Under the pieces are notes generated by a model. The model worked only from the letters and a program-made list of their open reading frames with translations. It was not told where the DNA came from and made no database searches. From positions 114-64,113 of the forward strand of contig QHUT01000056.1 in NCBI GenBank assembly GCA_003222055.1: a stretch of 64,000 bases of DNA, in the 5' to 3' direction. A program made the translations under genes and the position numbers. This DNA comes from Gemmatimonadota bacterium. Lineage in GTDB: Bacteria; Gemmatimonadota; Gemmatimonadetes; Gemmatimonadales; GWC2-71-9. Every line of letters begins with the position of its first letter. The first letter of the stretch is position 1. Shown here one piece after another: positions 43,980-52,910 of the stretch.

Positions 43980-44001
43980 GCGCAGCATGCTGCGCCCCTA
44001 C
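43974..44001 (-). terminator. Intrinsic terminator: perfect 28-nt palindrome followed by TTTT on the minus strand
   Basis: GTAGGGGCGCAGCATGCTGCGCCCCTAC begins 17 nt after the OPT stop (44019). AAAA at 43970..43973 corresponds to a U-tract on the transcribed strand. Confidence 0.75.
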
Positions 44002-44018
44002 ACCGCGCGTTTCACCTG

Positions 44019-46190
44019 TCATTCTTTCCGCAGGCCGACCCGGTACAGCAGCGCCCCCAACGCCGCGAACAGCCCGAACGCGAGCGCGTTCGAGGCGGGC
44101 AGACGCCCTAGACTGTGGGACAGAGGCACGCGCTCGGCGAGCGCGTCCGCCGACCCGAGGACGCCCGCGATCGCCGCCAACACGATCCCGCAGATGGCGC
44201 CCCCTGCAATCAGGCCGCTCGAGAACAGGACGCCCGGTCCCGACTCGACCTCTGCGATCGACTGTTGCCGGGCGTGGGAGCGGCGCTCGATCAGCCAGCG
44301 CACCACGCCGCCGGCGAACAGAGCCGAGGACGTGGAGATCGGGAGGTACACGCCCACGGCGACGGGCAGGGCCTGCACTCCCATCAGCTCGATGGCGATG
44401 GTGATGAACACGCCCAGCAGCACCAGGGCCCACGGCAGTTTGTGGGTGAGGATGCCGTCGGTGATGAGCGCCATGATCGTGGCCTTGGGCGAATCGAGGC
44501 GGGGGATGACCCTGCCGCGATAGTCGCGGATGCGACCGCCGATGCCGGGGTCGAGCACGTAGCGCAGCTGGTGTGTCGCCGGGTCCATCAGGTACTTGCC
44601 CGCCGCGACGCCCTGCGTGAGGACGTACACGCGGACGACCTGGTAAGTGGCCTGGTCGGCGGAATCGCCGCCCGCGATGCGGAACCCCGACATGGTGGCC
44701 GGAAGCACCTCGACCGGCGCCCGGCCGCCGGGAGGCGGTGTCAGCGACTGCGTGCCGAAGGCGGCGTGGGTCTCGGGCACCGGGTACGTGTAGGCGCGGT
44801 TGAGCAGGGTGAGGGTCCAGCCGACGGCCAGCGCCGACGCGAGGGCTCCGACGAGGATGGCGATCTGCTGGCGCCGTGGAGTCGAGCCTACGAGAAAGCC
44901 GGTCTTCAGGTCCTGCGACGTGTTGCCGGCGTTCGCGGTCGCCACCGCGACCACCGCCGCGATCGACAGCGCCTGCACGCGGTGGTCCACACCGGTCCAG
45001 CCGATCGCGACGAAGATCAGGCACGTACCGAGCAACGCCGCGATCGTCATGCCGGAAATCGGGTTCGCGGAGGAGCCGATCTGCCCGCAGATGCGGGAGG
45101 ACACGGTGGCGAAGAAGAACCCGAAGATCACGATGAGCGCCGCGCCGAGCAGATTCACGCCGAGCTGCGGCAGCAGGGTGAGGACGATGGCGAGCGCGAT
45201 CGAGCCGCCGACCGTGAGGGAGATGGGGAGGTCGTCCTCGGTGCGCGGCCGCGTCATCGTCTGGCTCAGCCCGGACCCGCGCAGGTCTTTGAGGCTGGAG
45301 GCGAACGAGCTCATGATGGTCGGAAGCGAGCGCGCCAGGGCGATGATCCCGGCCGAGGCGACGGCGCCGGCCCCGATGTAGAAAACGAAGCTGGAGCGCA
45401 GGTCGCCCGGACTCATGTCCCGGATCAGTTTGACCGCCGGAAACCCGAATGGCTCGGTGAGGCCCGATCCCACCAGCTTGATGGCGGGGGCGAGCACCAG
45501 GTAGGCGAAACAGCCGCCGGCAAACAGGTAGCCCGCGATGCGCGGGCCGATGATGTACCCGACTCCCATGAGCTCGGGGGATGTCTCGGTGAACACGGCG
45601 GCTCCGGGATAGAAGGCGAGCGCCTTCCCGGGCACGTCGGGCCAGAGCTTGAGCCCGCCCATCAGGAACTTGTAGACGAAGCCGACGCCGAACGCCTGAA
45701 ACACCCGCTTGGCCTGGAGGCCGCGCTCCTCGCCGGCGATCAGGACCTCCGCGCAGGCGGTGCCCTCGGGATAGATCAGCGTGTCGTGCTCCTTGACGAT
45801 CAGGGCGCGACGCAGCGGGATCATCATCAGCACGCCCATCAGCCCGCCGGCCGTGGCGAGCAGCGCCACGCGACCGATTTCGAGGTCGTAGCCCATCAAG
45901 AGGATGGCCGGGATGGTGAATACCACGCCGGCGGCCACGGAGTCGCTGGCCGAGCCCGTGGTCTGCACGATGTTGTTTTCGAGAATGGAGGTGCGGCCGA
46001 GGGCGCGGAAGATCGTGATCGAGAGCACCGCGATCGGGATGGAGGAGCTCACGGTGAGCCCGATCTTGAGTGCCAAGTAGACGCTCGATGCGCTGAAGAT
46101 GAGCCCGAGGATCACGCCCAGCGTCAGCGCGCGCGGTGTGAGTTCGGCGGGGAAGTGGGTGGCGGGGATGTAGGGTTCGTGAGCGGGCAT
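44019..46190 (-). CDS. OPT-family oligopeptide transporter
   Basis: 723 aa. LTPRALTLGVILGLIFSASSVYLALKIGLTVSSSIP and YPEGTACAEVL, with about 16 TM segments. Confidence 0.92.
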   Translation of the reverse strand: MPAHEPYIPATHFPAELTPRALTLGVILGLIFSASSVYLALKIGLTVSSSIPIAVLSITIFRALGRTSILENNIVQTTGSASDSVAAGVVFTIPAILLMGYDLEIGRVALLATAGGLMGVLMMIPLRRALIVKEHDTLIYPEGTACAEVLIAGEERGLQAKRVFQAFGVGFVYKFLMGGLKLWPDVPGKALAFYPGAAVFTETSPELMGVGYIIGPRIAGYLFAGGCFAYLVLAPAIKLVGSGLTEPFGFPAVKLIRDMSPGDLRSSFVFYIGAGAVASAGIIALARSLPTIMSSFASSLKDLRGSGLSQTMTRPRTEDDLPISLTVGGSIALAIVLTLLPQLGVNLLGAALIVIFGFFFATVSSRICGQIGSSANPISGMTIAALLGTCLIFVAIGWTGVDHRVQALSIAAVVAVATANAGNTSQDLKTGFLVGSTPRRQQIAILVGALASALAVGWTLTLLNRAYTYPVPETHAAFGTQSLTPPPGGRAPVEVLPATMSGFRIAGGDSADQATYQVVRVYVLTQGVAAGKYLMDPATHQLRYVLDPGIGGRIRDYRGRVIPRLDSPKATIMALITDGILTHKLPWALVLLGVFITIAIELMGVQALPVAVGVYLPISTSSALFAGGVVRWLIERRSHARQQSIAEVESGPGVLFSSGLIAGGAICGIVLAAIAGVLGSADALAERVPLSHSLGRLPASNALAFGLFAALGALLYRVGLRKE

Positions 46191-46329
46191 AGGGGGCAGA
46201 ATCTGAGGGCCTGCGGCAACAGTCGGTAGAGGGCCGTGAGGCCGGGGTTTGTGTGCGCCCCGTCACGGGGCCGGTGTTCGCGATGCTGCCCGAATGTGAC
46301 AAAACTGCGCAATCCGCACGGAACCTGGA

Positions 46330-47841
46330 GTGAGTCTCTCGGGGTACACAGGCCCGGTGACTTGGGACACCCTCCTACCGAATCTCCAGCGGGCCCTTGG
46401 CGGGCGATACGTGCTGGAGCGGCGCCTCGGCCACGGCGGCATGGGTGTGGTCTATCTGGCACGCGAAGTGAGCCTCGAGCGCCGCGTCGCCCTCAAGCTG
46501 CTCACTCCCGACCGGGCCCTGCAGCCCAACGCCAAGGAGCGTTTCCTCCAGGAGGCGCGAACCGCGGCCCAACTGTGGCACCCGGGCATCATCCCGATTT
46601 TCACGGTGGACGAGGTCCGCGACTTCGTGTTTTTCGTCATGGCCTACGTGGAGGGCCAGACGTTGGGGCAGCGGGTGCGCGGCGACGGGCCCCTGAGCTA
46701 CGCCGCGGTCGCGCGCATGCTCAAGGAGGTCGCGCGCGCGCTCGACTACGCGCACGCGAAGGGCGTGGTGCATCGCGACGTGAAACCAGACAACATCCTG
46801 ATGGAGCTCCGGAGCGGGCGGGCGCTGGTCTCCGACTTCGGCATCGCCCGCGTGAACGGGGGCGGCACCACGGACCCTCGGCGGGTGGTGGGAACGGCGG
46901 AGTTCATGAGCCCGGAGCAGGCCGTGGGCGGGCCCGTGGACGCGCGTAGCGATCTGTACTCGCTCGGCGTGGTGGGGTTCTTCGCGCTGTCGGGCCGGCT
47001 CCCGTTCGACGGCCCCGATGCCATGACGGTGCTGGCCCGCCACGTGACCGATCCTCCACCGCCGGTCGCGTCGCTCGCCCCGGGGGTACCGGATCGTCTG
47101 GCCGAGGCGATCGACCGCTGTCTCTCCAAGGATCCCGCCGCGCGCTACCCCAGCGGCGAGGCCTTCGCCGTCGCGGTCTCCGCGGCGCTCGACCGGCGCA
47201 CGGCGGTCGCCGTCCGGGCGTTCCTCACCGAGACGCGCCAGCTCTCGACCCGCAGCCTCTTCTATGGCGCCTTCGCGAGCATCGCGCTGCCACTGCTGGT
47301 CTTGCAGATCCTCGAGCTGCGCGATGCCCAGCCTCGGGCCGGGGCGATCGCCGTCGCGGTTGCGATCGTGGCGGCGCCGCTCGCTGTCATGGTGGCGCGG
47401 GTGCGGCGGCTGCTGCAGGCGGGATTCGGGCGCAGGGACTTGACCGACGCGCTGCGGGCGGAGCTGTTCCACCGGCGCGAGGAGCTGGCGTTTCTCTACG
47501 GGGAAGGACCGTCGCGGCTCGAGCGGGTGTCGCGCCGTGTGTGCTACCTGGCGCTCGCCATCTCGGCGGGCGTGGTGATCACGCTGGAGCGGACCCCGGC
47601 GCTCGCCGCCCGCGCGCTCGTCCCGATGGTGTGGGCCGCTGCCACCGTGCTGGCGCTCCTCGCCGCCGTGGTAGCGCGAAGCCGCACGGAGCATCGCACC
47701 GACCCCAAAGCCGAGCGGCGGCTGCGCTTCTGGAAGGGACTACCGGGGCGCTGGCTCTTCGCCTTGGCGCGATTGCATCTCCCTCGGCCGGGGGGTGGGC
47801 AAGGCGGGGTTACGCCCCCACTGGGCGCGCGCGGTGCCTGA
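46330..47841 (+). CDS. Ser/Thr protein kinase with C-terminal transmembrane region
   Basis: 503 aa. LGHGGMGVVYLA, VALK, HRDVKPDNIL, SDFG, SPEQ, followed by several hydrophobic helices. Confidence 0.9.
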   Translation: MSLSGYTGPVTWDTLLPNLQRALGGRYVLERRLGHGGMGVVYLAREVSLERRVALKLLTPDRALQPNAKERFLQEARTAAQLWHPGIIPIFTVDEVRDFVFFVMAYVEGQTLGQRVRGDGPLSYAAVARMLKEVARALDYAHAKGVVHRDVKPDNILMELRSGRALVSDFGIARVNGGGTTDPRRVVGTAEFMSPEQAVGGPVDARSDLYSLGVVGFFALSGRLPFDGPDAMTVLARHVTDPPPPVASLAPGVPDRLAEAIDRCLSKDPAARYPSGEAFAVAVSAALDRRTAVAVRAFLTETRQLSTRSLFYGAFASIALPLLVLQILELRDAQPRAGAIAVAVAIVAAPLAVMVARVRRLLQAGFGRRDLTDALRAELFHRREELAFLYGEGPSRLERVSRRVCYLALAISAGVVITLERTPALAARALVPMVWAAATVLALLAAVVARSRTEHRTDPKAERRLRFWKGLPGRWLFALARLHLPRPGGGQGGVTPPLGARGA

Positions 47842-48982
47842 CCCGGGCCAGCCGCCGGGCGGCTTCCTGTAACAGGTCCTCAGTCTTGCAGAAGGCGAAT
47901 CGCACCAGCCGCCGCCCCAGCTCCGGGCGGCTGAAGAAGCTCGACCCCGGCACGGGAGAGACGCCGATCTCCTTGGTCAGCCAGACGGAGAACTCGTCGT
48001 CGGGCAGCGTCGAGACGCTGGAGAAATCCGCCAGGACATAGTACGCGCCCTGCGGCGGCGTGCAGCGGAAGCCCGCGTCCACCAGGGCTCGGCACAACAG
48101 GTCGCGGCGGGCGCGGTACTCGCGGGCGAGCGTCGCATAGTAGTCGTCGTCCAGCGTCTCCAGCCCCACGGCGATCGCCTCCTGCAGCGGCGCGGGCGCG
48201 CCCACGGTCAGGAAATCGTGCACCTTGCGGATCGCATCGCTGGTGGCCGGCGGTGCGACGATCGTCCCCACGCGCCAGCCCGTCACGCTGAACGTCTTCG
48301 ACGCGCCGCTGATGGTGATGGTGCGCTCGCGCATCCCGTCGAGCGTCGCGATCGGGATGTGCTCGCCCTCGTAATAGATGTGCTCGTAGATCTCGTCGGT
48401 GACGGCGTAGGCATCGTGCCGCCGGCAGAGCTGGGCAATGGCCTCGAGCTCGCGCCGCGTGAGCACCCGGCCCGTGGGGTTGTTCGGTGTGCACACGACA
48501 ATGGCACGCGTCCGCTGGGAGAAGGCGGCCGCGACCCGGTCGAGATCCAGCTCGGCGTCCACCGGCATGGGCACGTACACCGGCTTGGCGCCGCACAGGA
48601 TCGCGTCCGGGCCGTAGTTCTCGTAAAACGGCTCGAACACGATCACTTCGTCGCCGGGGTCGACGATGGCGAGGAGGGCCGACGCCATCGCCTCGGTGGC
48701 GCCGCACGTCACGGTGATCTCCGTTTCGGGATTCACCGTCATGCCGTACCAGTCGGCGTACTTGCGGGTCAGGGCGTCGCGCAAACGCTTCGCGCCCCAG
48801 GTGATGGCGTATTGGTTCACGTTGTCCGCGATGGCGCGCGCGGCGGCCTGTTTCAGCACCTCGGGCGCGGCGAAGTTCGGGAACCCCTGCGCCAGGTTGA
48901 TGGCATCGTGCTCGCTCGCGAGCCGCGTCATGCCGCGGATCACCGATTCGGTGAAGCCGTGGGTGCGTCGGGCGGTATGCAT
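47810..48982 (-). CDS. PLP-dependent aminotransferase class I (YbdL / kynurenine aminotransferase-like)
   Basis: 390 aa. INLAQGFPNF and SGASKTFSVTGWRVG (the PLP lysine). The 3' end overlaps the kinase gene by 32 nt. Confidence 0.9.
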   Translation of the reverse strand: MHTARRTHGFTESVIRGMTRLASEHDAINLAQGFPNFAAPEVLKQAAARAIADNVNQYAITWGAKRLRDALTRKYADWYGMTVNPETEITVTCGATEAMASALLAIVDPGDEVIVFEPFYENYGPDAILCGAKPVYVPMPVDAELDLDRVAAAFSQRTRAIVVCTPNNPTGRVLTRRELEAIAQLCRRHDAYAVTDEIYEHIYYEGEHIPIATLDGMRERTITISGASKTFSVTGWRVGTIVAPPATSDAIRKVHDFLTVGAPAPLQEAIAVGLETLDDDYYATLAREYRARRDLLCRALVDAGFRCTPPQGAYYVLADFSSVSTLPDDEFSVWLTKEIGVSPVPGSSFFSRPELGRRLVRFAFCKTEDLLQEAARRLARVRHRARPVGA

Positions 48983-49003
48983 GCTGGGGAACTTACAACG
49001 AGG

Positions 49004-49031
49004 AAGGCCCCGGCGAGACTGCCGGGGCCTT
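49004..49031 (-). terminator. GC-rich hairpin after the 49046 gene
   Basis: AAGGCCCCGGC-gagact-GCCGGGGCCTT is a perfect 11-bp stem. On the minus strand it is followed by CCTCGTTGT, which is only a weak U-tract. Confidence 0.55.
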
Positions 49032-49045
49032 CAATCCGATAGGGC

Positions 49046-49582
49046 CTATAGGAGATTCCCGAACGAAATGAAGTCGGCGCCGTCCCCATCCGCGAGGGGG
49101 AAGGTGAATCCGAAAACGCCGCCTCCGCAATCCGCCCCGCTCGTCGGGTCGGTCTCATGCCACGTCGTATTCGACGGCAGCACCTCGCAGACCGTATACG
49201 TGCCGGCCGGGACGCCGGTGAAGATATAGTTGTTCCCCTCCGAGTCGAGGCTCACGTCGCTCGAGACCGCGGTGGCGATGACCGCGCCGCTCGCGTCCCT
49301 GAGCTCCACACACCAGCCACCGAGTAAGGGAGAATTTTGGGTCGGATCATCCAGGAACACCTGTCCCGTGATCGTCCCGGTGCCCGTGCCCGGTCCGGAA
49401 TTGACGCACCCGGGGGGCGGGGGTTGCGGTGCGCACTGCCCCTGATGGGCGTGTACCTCCCCCGAGTCCGAGCGATGCTCGTCACCTTGACCGTTGTCGC
49501 AATTGAGGCCTTGGGGACTCTGGGACACGCCGACGAGGAACGGTGTAGTCGCCAAGGCAAGCACTACTATGAGGGCTCGCAT
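49046..49582 (-). CDS. Secreted Cys-containing protein with SdrD-B/Cna-B-like fold signature
   Basis: Track ORF 49046..49681. ATG 49582 is preceded by GGAGGGGGATAAGGAAA. Signal MRALIVVLALATTPFLVGVS and ITGQVFLDD...NYIFTGVPAGTYTVCE. It has noticeably more A/T-ending codons than its neighbours. Confidence 0.7.
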   Translation of the reverse strand: MRALIVVLALATTPFLVGVSQSPQGLNCDNGQGDEHRSDSGEVHAHQGQCAPQPPPPGCVNSGPGTGTGTITGQVFLDDPTQNSPLLGGWCVELRDASGAVIATAVSSDVSLDSEGNNYIFTGVPAGTYTVCEVLPSNTTWHETDPTSGADCGGGVFGFTFPLADGDGADFISFGNLL

Positions 49583-49734
49583 TTTCCTTATCCCCCTCCC
49601 GTTAAGGCTGAGGAGGGGCGCGGCGGCCTCAGCGGGTCTTACGACTGGGCACGCCGAAGCTTGCGGCCAGCGGCAGGACAAGCTGTGCCGCTCGTCACGT
49701 TATCCCTGCGACATCAGTTGTTACGGTTACTTTT

Positions 49735-50064
49735 CTACAGCTTCAGCTTCACGTCGATGTCCACCAGCACTTCGCTCGGCGCGCTGAGGAACACCACGCG
49801 GTCCTCGCTGCGGTGAATCACCATCCGCACCGGCGGGCCCTTGCCCTTGCCACGTCCCCGGTTGCCCCGCCGATACCAAACGACCACGTCGCGCCCGCTG
49901 TTTTCCACCCGCACGACCTCGTAGCCCCGCTGTACGAGCACGTCCTTGGTGACGACCAGAGCGCGATCGGTCGTCACGGCATACTTCTTAGGGCCCTTCC
50001 CTTGCGCTGCGAGCGGGGTTGCCACGAGCCCCAGCGCCACCAGCGTCCAGCCGATGTGTCTCAC
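49735..50064 (-). CDS. Small secreted hypothetical protein
   Basis: 109 aa. Signal MRHIGWTLVALGLVATPLAAQ and a basic RRGNRGRGKGKG patch. Confidence 0.6.
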   Translation of the reverse strand: MRHIGWTLVALGLVATPLAAQGKGPKKYAVTTDRALVVTKDVLVQRGYEVVRVENSGRDVVVWYRRGNRGRGKGKGPPVRMVIHRSEDRVVFLSAPSEVLVDIDVKLKL

Positions 50065-50086
50065 GCCGCACGCTCCTTTCCTTCAT

Positions 50087-51247
50087 TCATTTCAGCAACT
50101 GCTTCGCGATGGTGTTCAGCTGCATGTTGCTCGTCCCCTCGTAGATCGCGCCGATCTTCGCGTCGCGGTAGAACTTCTCCACGGGGTACTCTTTCGTGTA
50201 CCCGTATCCACCGAACAGCTCCACGGCGAGCGACGTCACCCGCTCGGCCACCTGCGCGGCGAACAGTTTGGCCATCGCCGCCTGGGTCGTGTAGGGCTCG
50301 CCCGCGTCCTCGAGCCTGGCCGCGTTGTACACCATCAGCCGGGCCGCCTCGAGCTCGGTGGCCGCCTGGGCCAGCTGGAACTGCACCCCCTGGAACTCCG
50401 CGACCGGCTTGCCGAACTGCTTGCGCTCCTTCACGTACTTGAGGGCGGCGGCGAGCGCCCCGCGCGCGACGCCGATCATCTGGGCGCCGATGCCGATCCG
50501 GCCCGTGTTGAGCGTCTCGATGGCGACCTTGTAGCCCATGCCCACCTGGCCCACCAGGTTCGCCGCCGGCACCTCGCAGCCGTCGAGGATCAGCTCGCAG
50601 GTGCTCGACGCGCGGATGCCGAGCTTGTCTTCTTTCTTGCCGACCGAGAACCCCTTGAACCCGCGCTCCACCGCGAACGCGGTGATGCCCTTGTAGCCTT
50701 TGGTAAAGTCGCTGTTCGCGAAGATCACGAACAAGCCCGCCTCGGCCCCGTTGGTGATCCACAGCTTGCGCCCCTCGAGGATCCACTTGTCGCCGGCCCG
50801 CGTCGCGCGGGTCTGGAGCCCGAACGCGTCCGATCCCGACTCGGGCTCGGACAGCGCGTAGGCGCCGAGCAGATCGGTGGCGAGCCGCGGCAAATAGCGG
50901 TTGTGGATCTCGTCGCTCGCCCACTTGATGAGCAGCGCGTTGACGAGGGTGTTCTGCACGTCCACGAAGATCGCGAGTGAGGCATCGACCGCCGACAGCT
51001 CCTCCACCGCGAGCACTGTCATCAGCAGGCTGCCGCCCGCTCCGCCGTGCGCCTCCGGGATCTCGATTCCCATGAGACCCAGCTCGAAGCACTGGGTGAG
51101 CAGGGCGCGGTCGAGCGAGCCGGCCCGCTCCATGGCGGCGACGCGCGGGCGGACGGCGCGCTCCGCGAAGTCGCGCACGGTGCGGCGGAACAGCTCTTCT
51201 TCCTCGGAGAGCCGGGTGAGGGGGGGGTTGGCCGTTTGCTCGGGCAT
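50087..51247 (-). CDS. Acyl-CoA dehydrogenase (short/branched-chain type)
   Basis: 386 aa. ALSEPESGSDA, WITNG, YEGTSNMQ. Confidence 0.93.
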   Translation of the reverse strand: MPEQTANPPLTRLSEEEELFRRTVRDFAERAVRPRVAAMERAGSLDRALLTQCFELGLMGIEIPEAHGGAGGSLLMTVLAVEELSAVDASLAIFVDVQNTLVNALLIKWASDEIHNRYLPRLATDLLGAYALSEPESGSDAFGLQTRATRAGDKWILEGRKLWITNGAEAGLFVIFANSDFTKGYKGITAFAVERGFKGFSVGKKEDKLGIRASSTCELILDGCEVPAANLVGQVGMGYKVAIETLNTGRIGIGAQMIGVARGALAAALKYVKERKQFGKPVAEFQGVQFQLAQAATELEAARLMVYNAARLEDAGEPYTTQAAMAKLFAAQVAERVTSLAVELFGGYGYTKEYPVEKFYRDAKIGAIYEGTSNMQLNTIAKQLLK

Positions 51248-51295
51248 CGCGGTCCCAATCTAGCCGTCGGACGCTGTCACCGTATTATAGGTGCT

Positions 51296-52690
51296 ATGGT
51301 CCGTCGCGCCGCCGTCCGACCGGTGCTCGTCATCGCATGCGGGAGCTTCGGGATGGCGGCTCCGGCATGGGCGCAGGGCACCGCGCTCTTGCGGGGGGTG
51401 GTCTACGACAGTCTGATCAGCGCGGCACCGCTCGAGGGCGCCGAGGTTTGGGTCGAAGGCACCAATCGCACGGCGCACACCGACGCCTCCGGGCGCTTCG
51501 AGCTGGCCGCACTGGCGGCCGGGCGCTACCGGCTGACGTTCGATCACCCGGTCCTCGACTCGACCGGCCTGGCGGCGCCCCCGGTCGTCGTGGACGTTGC
51601 CGAGGGCAATACGACGGCAGTGAGCCTCGCGACACCTGGTCCTGCTACGGCGCATCGCACCTTGTGTCCGCACGATCCCTGGCAGAAGACGGGAGCGATT
51701 CTCGGGCTGGTGCGCGACGCGGCCGACAGCAAGCCGCTGCCGGACGTCAGCGTGACGGCCCATTGGACCATCTACGTCCTCGGCACAGGGTCGGTCCGTG
51801 CCGAGCCGGGCACGACCGCCGCGCGTTCGGACGCGTCCGGGCGCGTGTTGCTGTGCGCTGTGCCCACGGACGTGGCGGTGCTCCTCCAGGGGAAGGCCGG
51901 CGAGGGCCCAGTCGGCATGGTGCTGGTGGATCTGGCGGGGCGCGCGTTCGGCCGCGCCGCCCTGGATTTGGCCGTGGGGGCCGCCACCGGAGCCGTCACC
52001 GGCGTGGTGCGGAAGCGGAACGGCGCCTTCGTGCCGGGAGCAACCGTGGTCGCAATCGGTACCGACAGCCGCACCGAGGCGGACGAGTCCGGGGGCTTCA
52101 CGCTCCGAGACGTGCTGGCGGGCCCCCATATCGTCGAGGCGCACGCCATCGGGTATCCACCGGGACGGGCCCAGACCATCGTCCGGCCCGGTCGTATGCA
52201 ACGCGTAGAAATCGTCATGGGCGACTCGGTGCCCGTCCTCGATCCGGTCACGGTGGAAGGACGCTACGAGCCCTATCTGGCGCAGGTGGGCTTCAGCCAC
52301 CGACGCAACACGACGCTGGGGCACTTCCTCGATACCACCGATATCCAGAAAGCTGGCGCGGCACGGTTCGAGGAGGTGTTTCGCATGGTTCCGGGGGTGC
52401 AGTTGCGCCCTAACGGATCCGGCTATCTGGTGGAGCTGCAGCGGGGGCAGGGTCAGATCGACAATCCCGCGCTCGCCAACTACTGTCCTCCGGCGTATTT
52501 CATCGACGGCGCGTACTTCCCCCTCCCGCCGACTCAGACCCCGTCGCTGCCGCTCGTTCCACAGGAGATCCTCGGGATCGAGGTCTATTCCAACCTGTTC
52601 AGCGCCCCCCCCCAATATCAGCGCCGGGACAGCGGCTGCGGGGTGATCCTGATCTGGACGAAGCGCGGGGTTCCCCGCCGCAAACGGTAG
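51296..52690 (+). CDS. Secreted carboxypeptidase-regulatory-like repeats plus a stand-alone TonB-receptor plug-like domain
   Basis: Track ORF 51047..52690. ATG 51296 gives the signal MVRRAAVRPVLVIACGSFGMAAPAWAQG. Three GxVxD...G/V...TDxxGRF-type units are present. The C-terminus reads FRMVPGVQL...YFIDGAYF...ILGIEVY, with no beta-barrel. Confidence 0.75.
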   Translation: MVRRAAVRPVLVIACGSFGMAAPAWAQGTALLRGVVYDSLISAAPLEGAEVWVEGTNRTAHTDASGRFELAALAAGRYRLTFDHPVLDSTGLAAPPVVVDVAEGNTTAVSLATPGPATAHRTLCPHDPWQKTGAILGLVRDAADSKPLPDVSVTAHWTIYVLGTGSVRAEPGTTAARSDASGRVLLCAVPTDVAVLLQGKAGEGPVGMVLVDLAGRAFGRAALDLAVGAATGAVTGVVRKRNGAFVPGATVVAIGTDSRTEADESGGFTLRDVLAGPHIVEAHAIGYPPGRAQTIVRPGRMQRVEIVMGDSVPVLDPVTVEGRYEPYLAQVGFSHRRNTTLGHFLDTTDIQKAGAARFEEVFRMVPGVQLRPNGSGYLVELQRGQGQIDNPALANYCPPAYFIDGAYFPLPPTQTPSLPLVPQEILGIEVYSNLFSAPPQYQRRDSGCGVILIWTKRGVPRRKR

Positions 52691-52910
52691 TGGTTGCGGG
52701 GGCCGCGTAGCGGCGACATATTCCCGCACCTTTAAGGGTAAGCGACATGGGTACCGCCGTCACATGTCGTTTTCCCGGGGTGCGTCTTTCCTCGCTCCCC
52801 GGAATTAAGGTCTCGCGGCCCTGCTCATGTAGGGCCGCTGGACCCTCAGACGTTTCTGTGCCCGGCGGTACCCCACCCGCAGCATTCATCCTCACACAAG
52901 GAGACAGCGC

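Noticed and set aside
43918-46302. 794-aa (-) and 704-aa (+, 44115..46229) ORFs over the OPT transporter locus.
   Set aside because: The frame at 44019..46190 gives a canonical OPT transporter. The others are Arg/His-rich shadows.
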